A stretch of 64,000 nucleotides of DNA from Eubacteriales bacterium (GCA_045637685.1 JAZTZW010000016.1:91670-155669); one strand, 5' to 3'; counted from the stretch's first letter, positions 17,403 to 26,898 are shown. Numbers and translations are program-made. Notes: generated by a model from the letters alone, not told the origin.

Positions 17403-18071
17403 ATGGCAGAACGCCGCGAGGAAAAATACCTGCTCGATTACAGCGAATATTCGGTTATCGCAAACCGTATAAGAGCATTGATGACTCCCGACGAAAACGC
17501 GCGTGACGGCAGGTATTCAATCTGCTCGCTCTATTTCGACGACCCCTTCGGCACAGCGCTTGCCGAAAAAGAGGACGGCAACGCCGTTCACGTTAAGTTC
17601 AGAATACGCACCTACGGCGGAAGCAAAAAAACAATAAGGCTTGAACGCAAAACCAAGCGCGGCATAGTTACCGAAAAGCATTCGGCGGTAATTACCGAGC
17701 AAGAGCTTGAAAGCATTTTAAAGGGCGAAAATATCGACGAAAACAGCAAATGCTTCGGGCTTGTTTCGGAAATGCGCTCAAAGGCGTTCCGCCCCGCGAT
17801 ATCGGTGCGTTACGACCGCGAAGCCTATGTTTTTGCCCCATTGGGAATAAGAGTGACATTCGATTTTAATATCGATGCACTCCCGCCCGATAAAGAAACT
17901 CTTTTCGGCAACACCGAACGCGCTATCCCTGCAATCGAACGCGGACAGATAATTATGGAAATAAAATATTCCGAACGCTGTCCCTCGTTTATCCGTAAAT
18001 GCTGTTCCACAAACGGTGCACAGCTTTCGGTTTCCAAATACGCATTGTGCAGAAACGCATCTGCGATATAA
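17403..18071 (+). CDS. VTC-domain protein (polyphosphate polymerase-like domain)
   Basis: REEKYLLDYSEY...RYSICSLYFDDP...VKFRIRTYGG is characteristic of bacterial VTC (SPX-associated) domains. Confidence 0.65.
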   Translation: MAERREEKYLLDYSEYSVIANRIRALMTPDENARDGRYSICSLYFDDPFGTALAEKEDGNAVHVKFRIRTYGGSKKTIRLERKTKRGIVTEKHSAVITEQELESILKGENIDENSKCFGLVSEMRSKAFRPAISVRYDREAYVFAPLGIRVTFDFNIDALPPDKETLFGNTERAIPAIERGQIIMEIKYSERCPSFIRKCCSTNGAQLSVSKYALCRNASAI

Positions 18072-18084
18072 AAAGGAGATAAAT

Positions 18085-18750
18085 ATGAGTATTTTTGACG
18101 CAATCAAAAAAAGTGTATTGGAGGGCTTTTCTTCCGAAATAACCCTTTCCGATATTATTATCTCGCTCGTCGTGGCATTCCTTGCGGGACTTTTTATCCT
18201 TCTTGTCTACCGCCTTACCCTGCGCGGAGTATCGCGCAACCGCACGTTTGAAGTCACCCTGCTTCTTATCACCCCCATTTCGGCGATGATAGTTCTTACC
18301 ATAACCTCTAACCTTGCGCTTTCGCTCGGTATGGTCGGTGCGCTTTCGATAATCCGTTTCCGCACGGCAATAAAGGACGCAAGCGACACGGCATTTATGT
18401 TTTGGGCGGTTGCCGCAGGTATCACCGCCGGCGCGCATTTTTACAAAATAACTATTGTCGGCTGTCTGTTTATCGGTCTTGCTTCCTTCTTGGTGTTAAA
18501 GCTTTCGTCCGTCGGCGCACGCCCCTATCTTTTGGTCGTCCGCGCAGAAACCGACAAGGCTATCGATTACACCGCACGCCTTTTGAACGAAAACAACATA
18601 AAAAACCGCCTCTCCTCGCTCGTTAACAACGGCGATTACTCCGAGGTGGTCTATGAAATCGCTTTAAGCGGCAAGCATCAAAAGCTCGTTTCCGCACTTT
18701 CAAACCTTCCCGACGTTAAGAGCGTTTCGCTTGTCGATTGCAGAAACTAA
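18085..18750 (+). CDS. DUF4956-family membrane protein
   Basis: SLGMVGALSIIRFRTAIKD motif and multiple TM helices. AAAGGAGA RBS upstream. Confidence 0.65.
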   Translation: MSIFDAIKKSVLEGFSSEITLSDIIISLVVAFLAGLFILLVYRLTLRGVSRNRTFEVTLLLITPISAMIVLTITSNLALSLGMVGALSIIRFRTAIKDASDTAFMFWAVAAGITAGAHFYKITIVGCLFIGLASFLVLKLSSVGARPYLLVVRAETDKAIDYTARLLNENNIKNRLSSLVNNGDYSEVVYEIALSGKHQKLVSALSNLPDVKSVSLVDCRN

Positions 18751-18761
18751 AATTAATATAC

Positions 18762-18796
18762 AAAAATCCGCTCGGCTTAAAACCAAGCGGATTTTT
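18762..18796. terminator. bidirectional rho-independent terminator
   Basis: aaaaatccgc...gcggattttt 10-bp stem with A and T runs, between convergent genes. Confidence 0.7.
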
Positions 18797-18797
18797 A

Positions 18798-19640
18798 TTA
18801 TGACAATGCCTTTATTTCTTCAAGCGTAAGCTTTTCGGTTATAATGTGGTCGCAATCGTAAGGCTTGCATCTGTTGCTTATTTTCGATAAAAATTCATAA
18901 TATTCGATGTCGCAAAGCTGTTTGCCGCTTTGGTTATCGAACACCGAAACTATCCATTTTTCGCATTTTATCGCCTCGCCCGCGCTTGGCGGAAGCCACG
19001 GCTTTTTCGGAAATATTTCGGCTATGCCGTCGGTAAAGAGATAGCGCCCAAAAAGACCTTTATCGGTTTCGTAAAGCAGGGGTTCGGCGTATTCGGCAGA
19101 GATATCCTGCATTTTGTGAAGCCATTCGGCGTATTTTATCGGCTCGCCTTTGAACTGCTCGGCTTCGCTTTGCGAAATAACAAGCGGCCAGCGCGCCGAA
19201 AACAGGGTGAACGATTGATTGCTTCCGTCGATAATCTTTTCGCACATATAATCGAGCGTTCTTTCCTCGAACTCAACCATATTTCTGTAACCCGCGCGGA
19301 ACTGCTCCTTGCTCATTTCTTGACCGTTTACGATTATTTGGCAATTCCAATACCCCGCAATACGCTCGACACAGCGGTAAACGTCGGCAAGCTCAAACCT
19401 TGTCGAGGGCGAGGGCAGGCGGATATCTATCTGCTTTTTCTCGTTTTCGTTCCATACAACGCTAAAGCCTCTGCCGATATGCTTTGGATGAAAAAGAACT
19501 ATTTCGCCTTCGCCGATTATGCCGAGCTTCAAGCTCATATTTTCAAAGCTTCCGTATTGAAGGTCGCTGCCAACAATAAGCTCGAACGCAACGGTTTTTA
19601 AATACGGGAATTTTTGTTTTATCGTTATATCGAGTGACAT
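18798..19640 (-). CDS. hypothetical protein (280 aa, no family recognised; possibly DUF4299-like)
   Basis: Long ORF tightly coupled to the upstream coiled-coil gene (2-nt gap). Confidence 0.55.
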   Translation of the reverse strand: MSLDITIKQKFPYLKTVAFELIVGSDLQYGSFENMSLKLGIIGEGEIVLFHPKHIGRGFSVVWNENEKKQIDIRLPSPSTRFELADVYRCVERIAGYWNCQIIVNGQEMSKEQFRAGYRNMVEFEERTLDYMCEKIIDGSNQSFTLFSARWPLVISQSEAEQFKGEPIKYAEWLHKMQDISAEYAEPLLYETDKGLFGRYLFTDGIAEIFPKKPWLPPSAGEAIKCEKWIVSVFDNQSGKQLCDIEYYEFLSKISNRCKPYDCDHIITEKLTLEEIKALS

Positions 19641-19642
19641 TT

Positions 19643-20584
19643 TTAAACCTCCGCCTCAAGCACCAATTTTTCGAGCTCGGCTTCGGTGCGTTCGCTATCG
19701 ACGCTTACTGCGTTCAGCTTGTTTTGCAGGTGTTTTTTAACCGCCTTTAAGCGTTGCTTTATCTCGCAAATTTTTTCCTTCGATTCCTCTATGCGCTGTA
19801 AAACCGAATAATCTACAAATATTCCGTCGAAAAACCAATCGGCAAAGCGCAAAAAGCCCTCGATATTCACCTTAATGCCCATTTCCTCGGCAATATCGGC
19901 AAGCTCGGTTTTTAATCTTCGAAGGTCTATCTGCAATACCTCGACAGCGTCCTGCGCGGCATCGAGCTTGTCGTGCTTTGCCGCGTCGGCTATCATACCG
20001 CCGCCGAAAACGTCCCAGCTCGCCCAATTCTCGGCGTGCGAAAGGTTGTCGAGCACCGCATCGGCAGACCTTATTGCACGGTTTGCGGCAGAAATCGCTT
20101 CGTTTATCTCTTCCTCGGTGTTTTCGAATTCGGCTATCGTTTTTTCAAGCGCAATTATCCTATCTGCTTGGGGCTTGCCCGCAGCTTTAAGCGCTTCTGC
20201 CTTTTCGTCAAGCAGCTTTTCATAGCGGACGTCGTAGCCTATAAGTGTAGAATATTCGTCGTTATATTTCGTTATATCCTCGCGCACGGCTTCAAGCTCG
20301 CGTGCGGCGGAATCGTATTTTGCCTGCGCCGCCAACGCTTCCTTTTTTTCCTTTGCGAGCTGTTCCTCTTTTTTGCCCGTAACGGCATAGAAAAACGCCG
20401 AAAGGCTTCTGCCCGTAAGCTTATCCAGCTCGTCCTGCTCGGTTTTGCGCTCGGAATCAAGCAAAGCAACCTTTTCGGCAAGCTCGCTTTCCTGCCTGCG
20501 CAAATCGGCTATCACACCGTGCAGGTAAGCCTTGCGCGCCGCCTTTTTATGAAGCTCGCGAAGTATTTCGTCCTTCTGCCACAT
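19643..20584 (-). CDS. hypothetical coiled-coil protein (313 aa)
   Basis: Heptad-rich, E/K/A-rich sequence with no enzymatic motifs. Confidence 0.55.
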   Translation of the reverse strand: MWQKDEILRELHKKAARKAYLHGVIADLRRQESELAEKVALLDSERKTEQDELDKLTGRSLSAFFYAVTGKKEEQLAKEKKEALAAQAKYDSAARELEAVREDITKYNDEYSTLIGYDVRYEKLLDEKAEALKAAGKPQADRIIALEKTIAEFENTEEEINEAISAANRAIRSADAVLDNLSHAENWASWDVFGGGMIADAAKHDKLDAAQDAVEVLQIDLRRLKTELADIAEEMGIKVNIEGFLRFADWFFDGIFVDYSVLQRIEESKEKICEIKQRLKAVKKHLQNKLNAVSVDSERTEAELEKLVLEAEV

Positions 20585-20598
20585 ATCTGTTTCCTCTT

Positions 20599-21264
20599 TT
20601 ATAATATTTCCAATAATCCGTCAAGCGTTTTTATGCTGTAATCGGAGGTTGTTTCGCCGATTCCTCTTTCCTTTCTGTCTACAAAACAGGCTTTCATACC
20701 GACCTGCATCGGTCCGAAAACGTCATCGACGGGAGAATCGCCTACAAACAAAATATTTTCGCAATTTACGCCTATATCCAAAGCGATAACACGGTAAAAT
20801 TCGGGCTTGGGCTTATAAACACGAAGCGATTCGGAGGTATATACCCCGTTTACGCTGATTTTGTTGTTTTTTATATCCTGCATCAGCGGATAAGTGTCGC
20901 TTGTTGAGCCGATATAAAGCGGATATTTTTCGGAAAGCCGCGCAAGCACCCGCCCGACTTCGGGAAAGGCCTTGCGTTTTCCGAGCGTTTCGAGCATTAT
21001 CCGCACGTCGCTGTCGGAATCGCCGTCTATGCCATAGGTTTTGTAAAGACGCCGCAGGTCCATACGGAATATTTCTTCCTCGGGTATAAATTCGGTCAAG
21101 GAATCTATGTGTTCTCTGTGGTATTTTTTCCAATCGGCATAAAAACCGCTTGCCGAAATATCCTCTCGCCTGCGTTTTTTCAATATCTCCCTTGCCGCAT
21201 CGACAGAACCTGTTCCCGTGTCGATAAGAGTCCCGTATGCGTCGAAAATTATCGCTTTTATCAT
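20599..21264 (-). CDS. HAD-superfamily hydrolase
   Basis: IIFDAYGTLID motif I and GDSPVDD motif IV. ATGA overlap with the ptp stop. Confidence 0.7.
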   Translation of the reverse strand: MIKAIIFDAYGTLIDTGTGSVDAAREILKKRRREDISASGFYADWKKYHREHIDSLTEFIPEEEIFRMDLRRLYKTYGIDGDSDSDVRIMLETLGKRKAFPEVGRVLARLSEKYPLYIGSTSDTYPLMQDIKNNKISVNGVYTSESLRVYKPKPEFYRVIALDIGVNCENILFVGDSPVDDVFGPMQVGMKACFVDRKERGIGETTSDYSIKTLDGLLEIL

Positions 21265-21728
21265 TTTGTCAATTCCCAAAGCAAGCCCTTACAGCCGTCG
21301 TAAATATCGCGGTAGGCGATATCGAAGCGGTCGGAATACCACGGGTCGGCAACATCGCCGCCGCGTGCGGTATAATCCATAAGCTTGCGTATTTTATTAT
21401 CCTTATCGCCGTTTAAAATACGGTGCATATTGCGTATATTGTTGCTGTCCATACCGACAAAAAGGTCGTATTTTTCGTAATCGGCGCTTTTTAGCTGGGT
21501 TGCGCGCTTTCCACCGCATTCAATTCCGTGCTTTTTCAGCTCGGCACGTGCGGGCGGGTAAACGGGGTTGCCGATACCGGAAAAGGAAATTTCCTCGGTG
21601 CTGGTTGCGCTCGATTCGACAACAAAATGCTCGGTCAAACTCTCTTCGGCAAGCATATTTTTAAATATAAACTCCGCCATCGGCGAACGACAAATATTCC
21701 CGTGGCATACGAACATAATACGTTTCAT
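21261..21728 (-). CDS. low-molecular-weight protein-tyrosine phosphatase
   Basis: CHGNICRSP P-loop (CX5R) at the N-terminus and a DP motif (DVADPWY). AAAGGAAC RBS. Confidence 0.85.
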   Translation of the reverse strand: MKRIMFVCHGNICRSPMAEFIFKNMLAEESLTEHFVVESSATSTEEISFSGIGNPVYPPARAELKKHGIECGGKRATQLKSADYEKYDLFVGMDSNNIRNMHRILNGDKDNKIRKLMDYTARGGDVADPWYSDRFDIAYRDIYDGCKGLLWELTK

Positions 21729-21742
21729 TTTGGATGTTCCTT
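21697..21742. repeat. 46-bp direct repeat, copy B (spans the native ptp start and RBS)
   Basis: ttcccgtggcatacgaacataatacgtttcattttggatgttcctt is about 89% identical to 21895-21940. Confidence 0.7.
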
Positions 21743-21894
21743 TATGAATATTGTTTTTTTCGGGGACATGCGCCTCGAAAAAAACTCCTATGATGTCCGC
21801 AAGTGACGCGTAGCGGCGCGCAGGCGCGAGCGAACGGACATCCTAAAAATCGGGGTCCCTAAAAATCCTTGGATTTTTGGGGGCGCGTCAGCGC

Positions 21895-21940
21895 TTCCCG
21901 TGGCAAACAAACATAATGCGTTTCATTTTGCGTGTTCCTT
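21895..21940. repeat. 46-bp direct repeat, copy A (ASCH 3' end plus a 12-codon ptp 5' remnant MKRIMFVCHGKR)
   Basis: ttcccgtggcaaacaaacataatgcgtttcattttgcgtgttcctt. The remnant ATG overlaps the ASCH TGA as ATGA. Confidence 0.7.
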
Positions 21941-22282
21941 GCAATCTAAGCAAATTTCTATTCCGACAACTCCGTTTTCCGCCTGCTCTGCGGCAGAATA
22001 ATATTCAAGCATATCCTCGGGGCGCGCGTCTTTAACTTCATTCGACAGATACCCGCATTTATCAAGCGGAAGCACAGAATAAAGCTCGGCGAACGAAGCA
22101 AATTTATGAAGCCTCACAACCCTTGCAAAAAGAACCTCGCCATCCGCAACGTTTGTAAATTCGATTATGTCGTCTGTTTTTATCTTTTGGCGTTTTTCAT
22201 CATTAAGTCGAAGCTCTATTGTTTTTGCGCCCGATTTTATCTTTGCAAAAGGAATCGGTCTTAATTTCATTTGATGTATCAT
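21923..22282 (-). CDS. ASCH (PUA-like) domain protein
   Basis: 119-aa ORF. FAKIKSGAKTIELR matches the ASCH N-terminal beta-strand pattern. Confidence 0.6.
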   Translation of the reverse strand: MIHQMKLRPIPFAKIKSGAKTIELRLNDEKRQKIKTDDIIEFTNVADGEVLFARVVRLHKFASFAELYSVLPLDKCGYLSNEVKDARPEDMLEYYSAAEQAENGVVGIEICLDCKEHAK

Positions 22283-22338
22283 ACTTCAATCCCCTTTTTT
22301 GTATTATAGCAGACTTCGGCGCAGTCCGCAAGTAGCTA

Positions 22339-22367
22339 TTGACTTGGAATTGCGAACGGTGTAAAAT
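22339..22367 (+). promoter_or_regulatory. sigma-A-like promoter (TTGACT-17-TAAAAT) for the HD-domain gene
   Basis: Hexamers read directly. Located 27 nt upstream of the ATG at 22394. Confidence 0.5.
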
Positions 22368-22393
22368 AAATTATTACAAATCGGAGAACGAAA

Positions 22394-22960
22394 ATGAAGC
22401 AACGCGAATTTATTGACTTTTTAAAGATTATAGAAAAGTTAAAATGCAACACCCGCCATTCTTGGACCTCCTCGGGCAGGCGCGAAAGCGTTGCCGAGCA
22501 TTCGTGGCGGCTATCTGTTATGGCTATGCTTTGCAGGGACGAATTTCCGAATCTCGACATTGACCGTGTTATAAAAATGTGCCTTATCCACGATTTAGGC
22601 GAAGCGATAACCGGAGATATTCCCTCTTTTTACAAAACCGAAAGCAATGAGTTGGCTGAGGAAAAAGCGATTGACAAAATAATCGCGATGCTTCCCGAGC
22701 CGTATAACACCGAATTCAAATCGCTCTTCGCCGAAATAGACGAAAAGACCTCCCCCGAAGCCAAGTTGTTCAAGGCGCTTGACAATATGGAGGCGGTGAT
22801 TTCGCACAACGAAGCGGATATTTCCACTTGGTTGCCACTTGAATACGAGGAAAACCTTGTTTACGGACAGGAAAACGTGCAATTTTCGGAATGGACGCGT
22901 GAGTTAAAGGAGGAACTCAACCGCCAAAGCTGCGAAAAAATAGAAAAATCAAAAGCATAA
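22394..22960 (+). CDS. HD-domain phosphohydrolase (YfbR-like 5'-deoxynucleotidase family)
   Basis: HSWRLS...HDLGEAITGD metal-binding HD motif. Confidence 0.75.
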   Translation: MKQREFIDFLKIIEKLKCNTRHSWTSSGRRESVAEHSWRLSVMAMLCRDEFPNLDIDRVIKMCLIHDLGEAITGDIPSFYKTESNELAEEKAIDKIIAMLPEPYNTEFKSLFAEIDEKTSPEAKLFKALDNMEAVISHNEADISTWLPLEYEENLVYGQENVQFSEWTRELKEELNRQSCEKIEKSKA

Positions 22961-22972
22961 TTATACAAAAAG

Positions 22973-23010
22973 AAGGAGCTGTTGCAACATAAAAAGCAAC
23001 AGCCCCTTTG
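22973..23010. terminator. bidirectional terminator hairpin
   Basis: gctgttgc...gcaacagc stem followed by a T-rich tract. Confidence 0.55.
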
Positions 23011-23011
23011 T

Positions 23012-24121
23012 TTATTGGTTTATGTCGATAATCACATATTCGGCGGGAGAAGCGGTCTTTATCGGGTATTTCCAGCCCGCAAGGCCCGAGGTGACGATAT
23101 ATTGCGTGTCGCTGTCTATAAAGCCCTGACCGTAAACCTTATCGTTGAACTTGAATATTTCCTGAACCTGCTTAAGCGGCCAGAGCTGACCGCCGTGGGT
23201 GTGTCCGGAAAGCACCAAATCGGTGCTTGTAGCGGCGGTTGCGGCATATTCCTGCGGTTGGTGGTCGAGCGTGAGCACAAATTTATCGGCATCCACCCCG
23301 CTTAACAGCTCGGCAGTAGTCCTGCGTGAGCGGACGCTTCGGTCTTCTCTGCCGACAATCACAAAATCGTTGGCAATCTCGTAAATTTCGTCCTGAAGAA
23401 TTGTAATATTGTTATCCTCTATCGCCTTTATCAGCTCTTGCTCGCTAAATTCGCTTTCAAACCCGCGAAAGCCATACGGTCTATCGTGGTTACCGTGGAC
23501 GTAAAACACGCCGAATTCGCTTTTTATAGTGCCGAACGCGCTAAAAACCTGATACATTTCCTCACGCGTGGTATCGTTATCGACAATATCGCCGCAAAGC
23601 ACAACGATATCAACATCGCTTTGACTTATTTCGCCGCAAATCTCGAGCAATTCTTCGTAATCTATCGAAACGCCGAAATGAACGTCGGAAATCAGGGCCA
23701 CGCGGTAGCCCTCCGCGCGAATTTCTTTTTCGGTGTTAACGGTATAATCGGTTTCCACAACGGTATGAAGATTGATATATCCGAACACCATAAGCACCGC
23801 GGTAAAAACAAGCGCCAAAGCACCGCTTCCGTAAACCTTTTTCCATATTTTCAGCTCGCTGTATTTACTTTTCGCGAACAATTTAACGATAAGGTTTACA
23901 AGCTCTGCGGCAAGCGCCATAACAACGATATGCAATATTGCAACGCCTGCAAAGGAAAACATATTTGCGGTAAACGCGGCGAGGGCCAAGGCGATAACGC
24001 CCGATACTATGCGAACGCCTATTTTCTTTGTATTCGCGCCAAAGGTGGCGAGCATTCTTTGTATAAAGAAAAACAGATAAAACGCCGACAAAGCAGCGGC
24101 AACGATAAACGCGGCAGACAT
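23012..24121 (-). CDS. membrane-anchored calcineurin-like metallophosphoesterase
   Basis: Four N-terminal TM helices. Motifs DVHFG, GDIVDN, GNHD and GHTHGG. Confidence 0.8.
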   Translation of the reverse strand: MSAAFIVAAALSAFYLFFFIQRMLATFGANTKKIGVRIVSGVIALALAAFTANMFSFAGVAILHIVVMALAAELVNLIVKLFAKSKYSELKIWKKVYGSGALALVFTAVLMVFGYINLHTVVETDYTVNTEKEIRAEGYRVALISDVHFGVSIDYEELLEICGEISQSDVDIVVLCGDIVDNDTTREEMYQVFSAFGTIKSEFGVFYVHGNHDRPYGFRGFESEFSEQELIKAIEDNNITILQDEIYEIANDFVIVGREDRSVRSRRTTAELLSGVDADKFVLTLDHQPQEYAATAATSTDLVLSGHTHGGQLWPLKQVQEIFKFNDKVYGQGFIDSDTQYIVTSGLAGWKYPIKTASPAEYVIIDINQ

Positions 24122-24235
24122 ACATATCGCTCCTTTCGCCTTTAATTATAAACCATACGAAATATATGTCAATGCAGATATTGTTAAAAATTTAGCCGCG
24201 TCTGCATTTTTAGAGAATTAAAGAGTTAAAACCTC

Positions 24236-24264
24236 TTGCATTTTCGGGTGTCGTTTGATATAAT
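24236..24264 (+). promoter_or_regulatory. sigma-A-like promoter (TTGCAT-17-TATAAT) upstream of nagA
   Basis: Hexamers read directly. A TGCAGAT...ATCTGCA inverted repeat at 24188-24216 lies upstream. Confidence 0.45.
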
Positions 24265-24335
24265 CGTACTTGAAGAAAAATGCGGTTTTGTGATAAAAAC
24301 CGAAAAAGAAAAATTTTCACTGCAGGAGTATTAAA

Positions 24336-25475
24336 ATGAAGGCTATTATTAACGGCAAAATCATTTTGAAAGACCGCATCGTTGAAAACAGCGCTTTGCT
24401 TTACAGCGATGTGATCGAAGGCATCGTTCCCGCAGACAAGCTCCCCGAGGGCGTAGAAGTTATCGATGCAAAGGGTGGCTATGTTGCCCCCGGTCTTATC
24501 GATATCCACATTCACGGCTATCTCGGCAAGGACGTTTGCGACGGCGAAGAAGAAAGCATTCGCACCATTTCCAAGGGCTTGCTTGCAAACGGCGTAACAG
24601 GCTACCTCCCCACCACTATGACAGTCGATATGTCTGTTATTAAAAAGGCGCTCGAGGTTTGCCGCGCACTCAAGGAAGAAAGCAAAACCTGGGAAGGCTC
24701 GACAATTTTAGGCGTTCACGCCGAAGGTCCGTTCATCAGCGCCGCAAAGAAGGGCGCGCAGGACCCGAAATACATACTCAAGCCCGATGCAAAGTTCGTT
24801 AAGGAATATGCAGATATTATTCGTATAATCTCGCTCGCTCCCGAAGAAGACAACAACTTCGAAGCTATTCAGGAAATCCGCCGCGATACCGACGTTATTA
24901 TGTCGATCGGCCACACCAGCGCAGATTATGAAACCGCTATGAAGTCCACCGAGGTTGGTATGCGCCACGTAACCCACCTCTTCAACGCGATGACCCCGCT
25001 TGCGCACCGCGCTCCCGGCGTTGTTACCGCGGCTATGAATTCCGACGTAAGCTGTGAGCTTATCGTTGACGCATTCCACGTTGACCCCGTTCTTTACGAT
25101 ATGCTCTTTAAATTAAAGGGCAGAAAGCTCTGCTTTATCACCGACTGTCTCCCCGCAGGCGGTCTTCCCGAAGGCGAATACACTCTGGGCGGCAGCAAAA
25201 TTATCTACCGCGGCATCGTTTGCAGACTTGAAGACGGCACGGTAGCAGGCTCTGTTCTCCACCTCAACAAGGGCGTATGGAACGTTTACACCAATTCTTC
25301 TATTCCTCTTTGGGAATGTGTAAACGGCGCTTCTCTCAATCCGGCAACCACACTCGGCATCGATGACAAGAAGGGCTCTATCGAGGTCGGCAAGGATGCA
25401 GATATAATCATTACTGACAACGAATTCAACGTTGAAAAAACCATCATCGGAGGTAACACCAAGTATGAAGCTTAA
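24336..25475 (+). CDS. nagA: N-acetylglucosamine-6-phosphate deacetylase
   Basis: GLIDIHIHG and GVHAEGPF motifs, and DAFHV. RBS GGAGTA. Confidence 0.85.
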   Translation: MKAIINGKIILKDRIVENSALLYSDVIEGIVPADKLPEGVEVIDAKGGYVAPGLIDIHIHGYLGKDVCDGEEESIRTISKGLLANGVTGYLPTTMTVDMSVIKKALEVCRALKEESKTWEGSTILGVHAEGPFISAAKKGAQDPKYILKPDAKFVKEYADIIRIISLAPEEDNNFEAIQEIRRDTDVIMSIGHTSADYETAMKSTEVGMRHVTHLFNAMTPLAHRAPGVVTAAMNSDVSCELIVDAFHVDPVLYDMLFKLKGRKLCFITDCLPAGGLPEGEYTLGGSKIIYRGIVCRLEDGTVAGSVLHLNKGVWNVYTNSSIPLWECVNGASLNPATTLGIDDKKGSIEVGKDADIIITDNEFNVEKTIIGGNTKYEA

Positions 25476-26841
25476 AGTTCCCGCTAAACTCGACCCTCAA
25501 TTTGCTCCTCTTTCTCTTGTTTGCCGCGAAATGCGCGAAGCAACCAAGGAAGACGGTCAGGACCTTGTTATCGGCGTAGAAAGAAACAAGGGCTACACCA
25601 CCACCTATAAAACCCGCGTTTTCAAGGACGGCACCGGCCACGATGAAGAAAACTTCGACTTTATCGAAAGAATGGTCAAGGCTCTTCTTTGGGTTGCAGG
25701 CGGCTACAAGGTAATTATCGCAGGTAGCGAAGTTATCGGCAACAAAATTAAGGAAGCATACTCCGACGGCGGTTCGCGTGATTTCGACGTTCACTTTATG
25801 GAACGCGTTTACGAACGCCCCTTTGAAGTAGAAATTCGTCCCATCGAGGAAGCTCCCGTTGACGTTTCCGGCGCGGCTCCTGTTGGCAGACACCTCGACG
25901 GCTGCCGTATCGGCTTCGACGCAGGCGGATCCGACAGAAAGGTTTCTGCTGTTATCGACGGCGAAACCGTATATTCCGAAGAAGTTGTTTGGTTCCCCAA
26001 GATCAATTCCGATCCCGATTACCACTATCAGGGAATTCTCGAGGCTATGAAGACCGCGGCTTCCAAGATGCCCCGCGTTGATGCTATCGGTATTTCCTCC
26101 GCAGGCGTTTACGTTGACAACCGTATTATGGTTGCTTCGCTCTTCCTTAAGGTAAGCGACGAGGACTTCGACAAGAAGGTCAAGAATATGTATATCGACG
26201 TTTGCAAGGAGATCGGCGAAAACATTCCCGTTGAAGTTGCAAACGACGGCGACGTTACCGCTCTTGCAGGCGCGATGAACCTCGATGACGATTCTGTTCT
26301 CGGCGTTGCTATGGGCACCTCCGAAGCAGTTGGTTACGTTGACCCTCAGGGCAACATCACCGGTTGGCACAACGAGCTTGCGTTCGCTCCCGTTGACTTC
26401 TGCAAGGACGCTATGGTTGACGAATGGTCGGGCGACTACGGCTGCGGCGTTAAATATTTCTCGCAGGATGGCGTTATTAAGCTCGCTCCCTTCGCAGGTA
26501 TCGAGCTTGACGAAAGCCTTTCCCCTGCTGAAAAGCTTAAGGTAGTTCAGGGTCTTATGAAGGAAGGCGACGAACGCGCTGCCGCTATCTATGACACTAT
26601 CGGTGCATACTTCGGCTACGCTATCGCTTTCTATGCTGAATTCTACGATATGAAGCACGTTCTTATCATGGGTCGTGTAACCTCCGGCGACGGCGGCGCA
26701 CTCCTTCTTGAAAGAGCACAGGAAGTTCTTGACGTAGAATTCCCCGAGCTCGCTAAAAAGATTCAGCTCCACATTCCCGACGAAAAGGCTCGCCGTGTCG
26801 GTCAGTCGGTTGCAGCTGCATCGCTCCCCGAAATTAAGTAA
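25465..26841 (+). CDS. ASKHA/ROK-like sugar kinase (putative N-acetylhexosamine kinase)
   Basis: GFDAGGSDRK and AIGISSAGV phosphate-binding motifs. GGAGGT RBS. The start overlaps nagA by 11 nt. Confidence 0.6.
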   Translation: MKLKVPAKLDPQFAPLSLVCREMREATKEDGQDLVIGVERNKGYTTTYKTRVFKDGTGHDEENFDFIERMVKALLWVAGGYKVIIAGSEVIGNKIKEAYSDGGSRDFDVHFMERVYERPFEVEIRPIEEAPVDVSGAAPVGRHLDGCRIGFDAGGSDRKVSAVIDGETVYSEEVVWFPKINSDPDYHYQGILEAMKTAASKMPRVDAIGISSAGVYVDNRIMVASLFLKVSDEDFDKKVKNMYIDVCKEIGENIPVEVANDGDVTALAGAMNLDDDSVLGVAMGTSEAVGYVDPQGNITGWHNELAFAPVDFCKDAMVDEWSGDYGCGVKYFSQDGVIKLAPFAGIELDESLSPAEKLKVVQGLMKEGDERAAAIYDTIGAYFGYAIAFYAEFYDMKHVLIMGRVTSGDGGALLLERAQEVLDVEFPELAKKIQLHIPDEKARRVGQSVAAASLPEIK

Positions 26842-26898
26842 TTCCATACTACGGAGAAATAAAATATTTCCGTGCTCGGAATAAATAATCAACAAAAT

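Noticed and set aside
21743-21894. GC-rich structured 152-bp insert as a tRNA or other known RNA gene
   Set aside because: No cloverleaf, anticodon arm or T-loop consensus can be drawn. It is better described as an unclassified structured insert, as in the findings.
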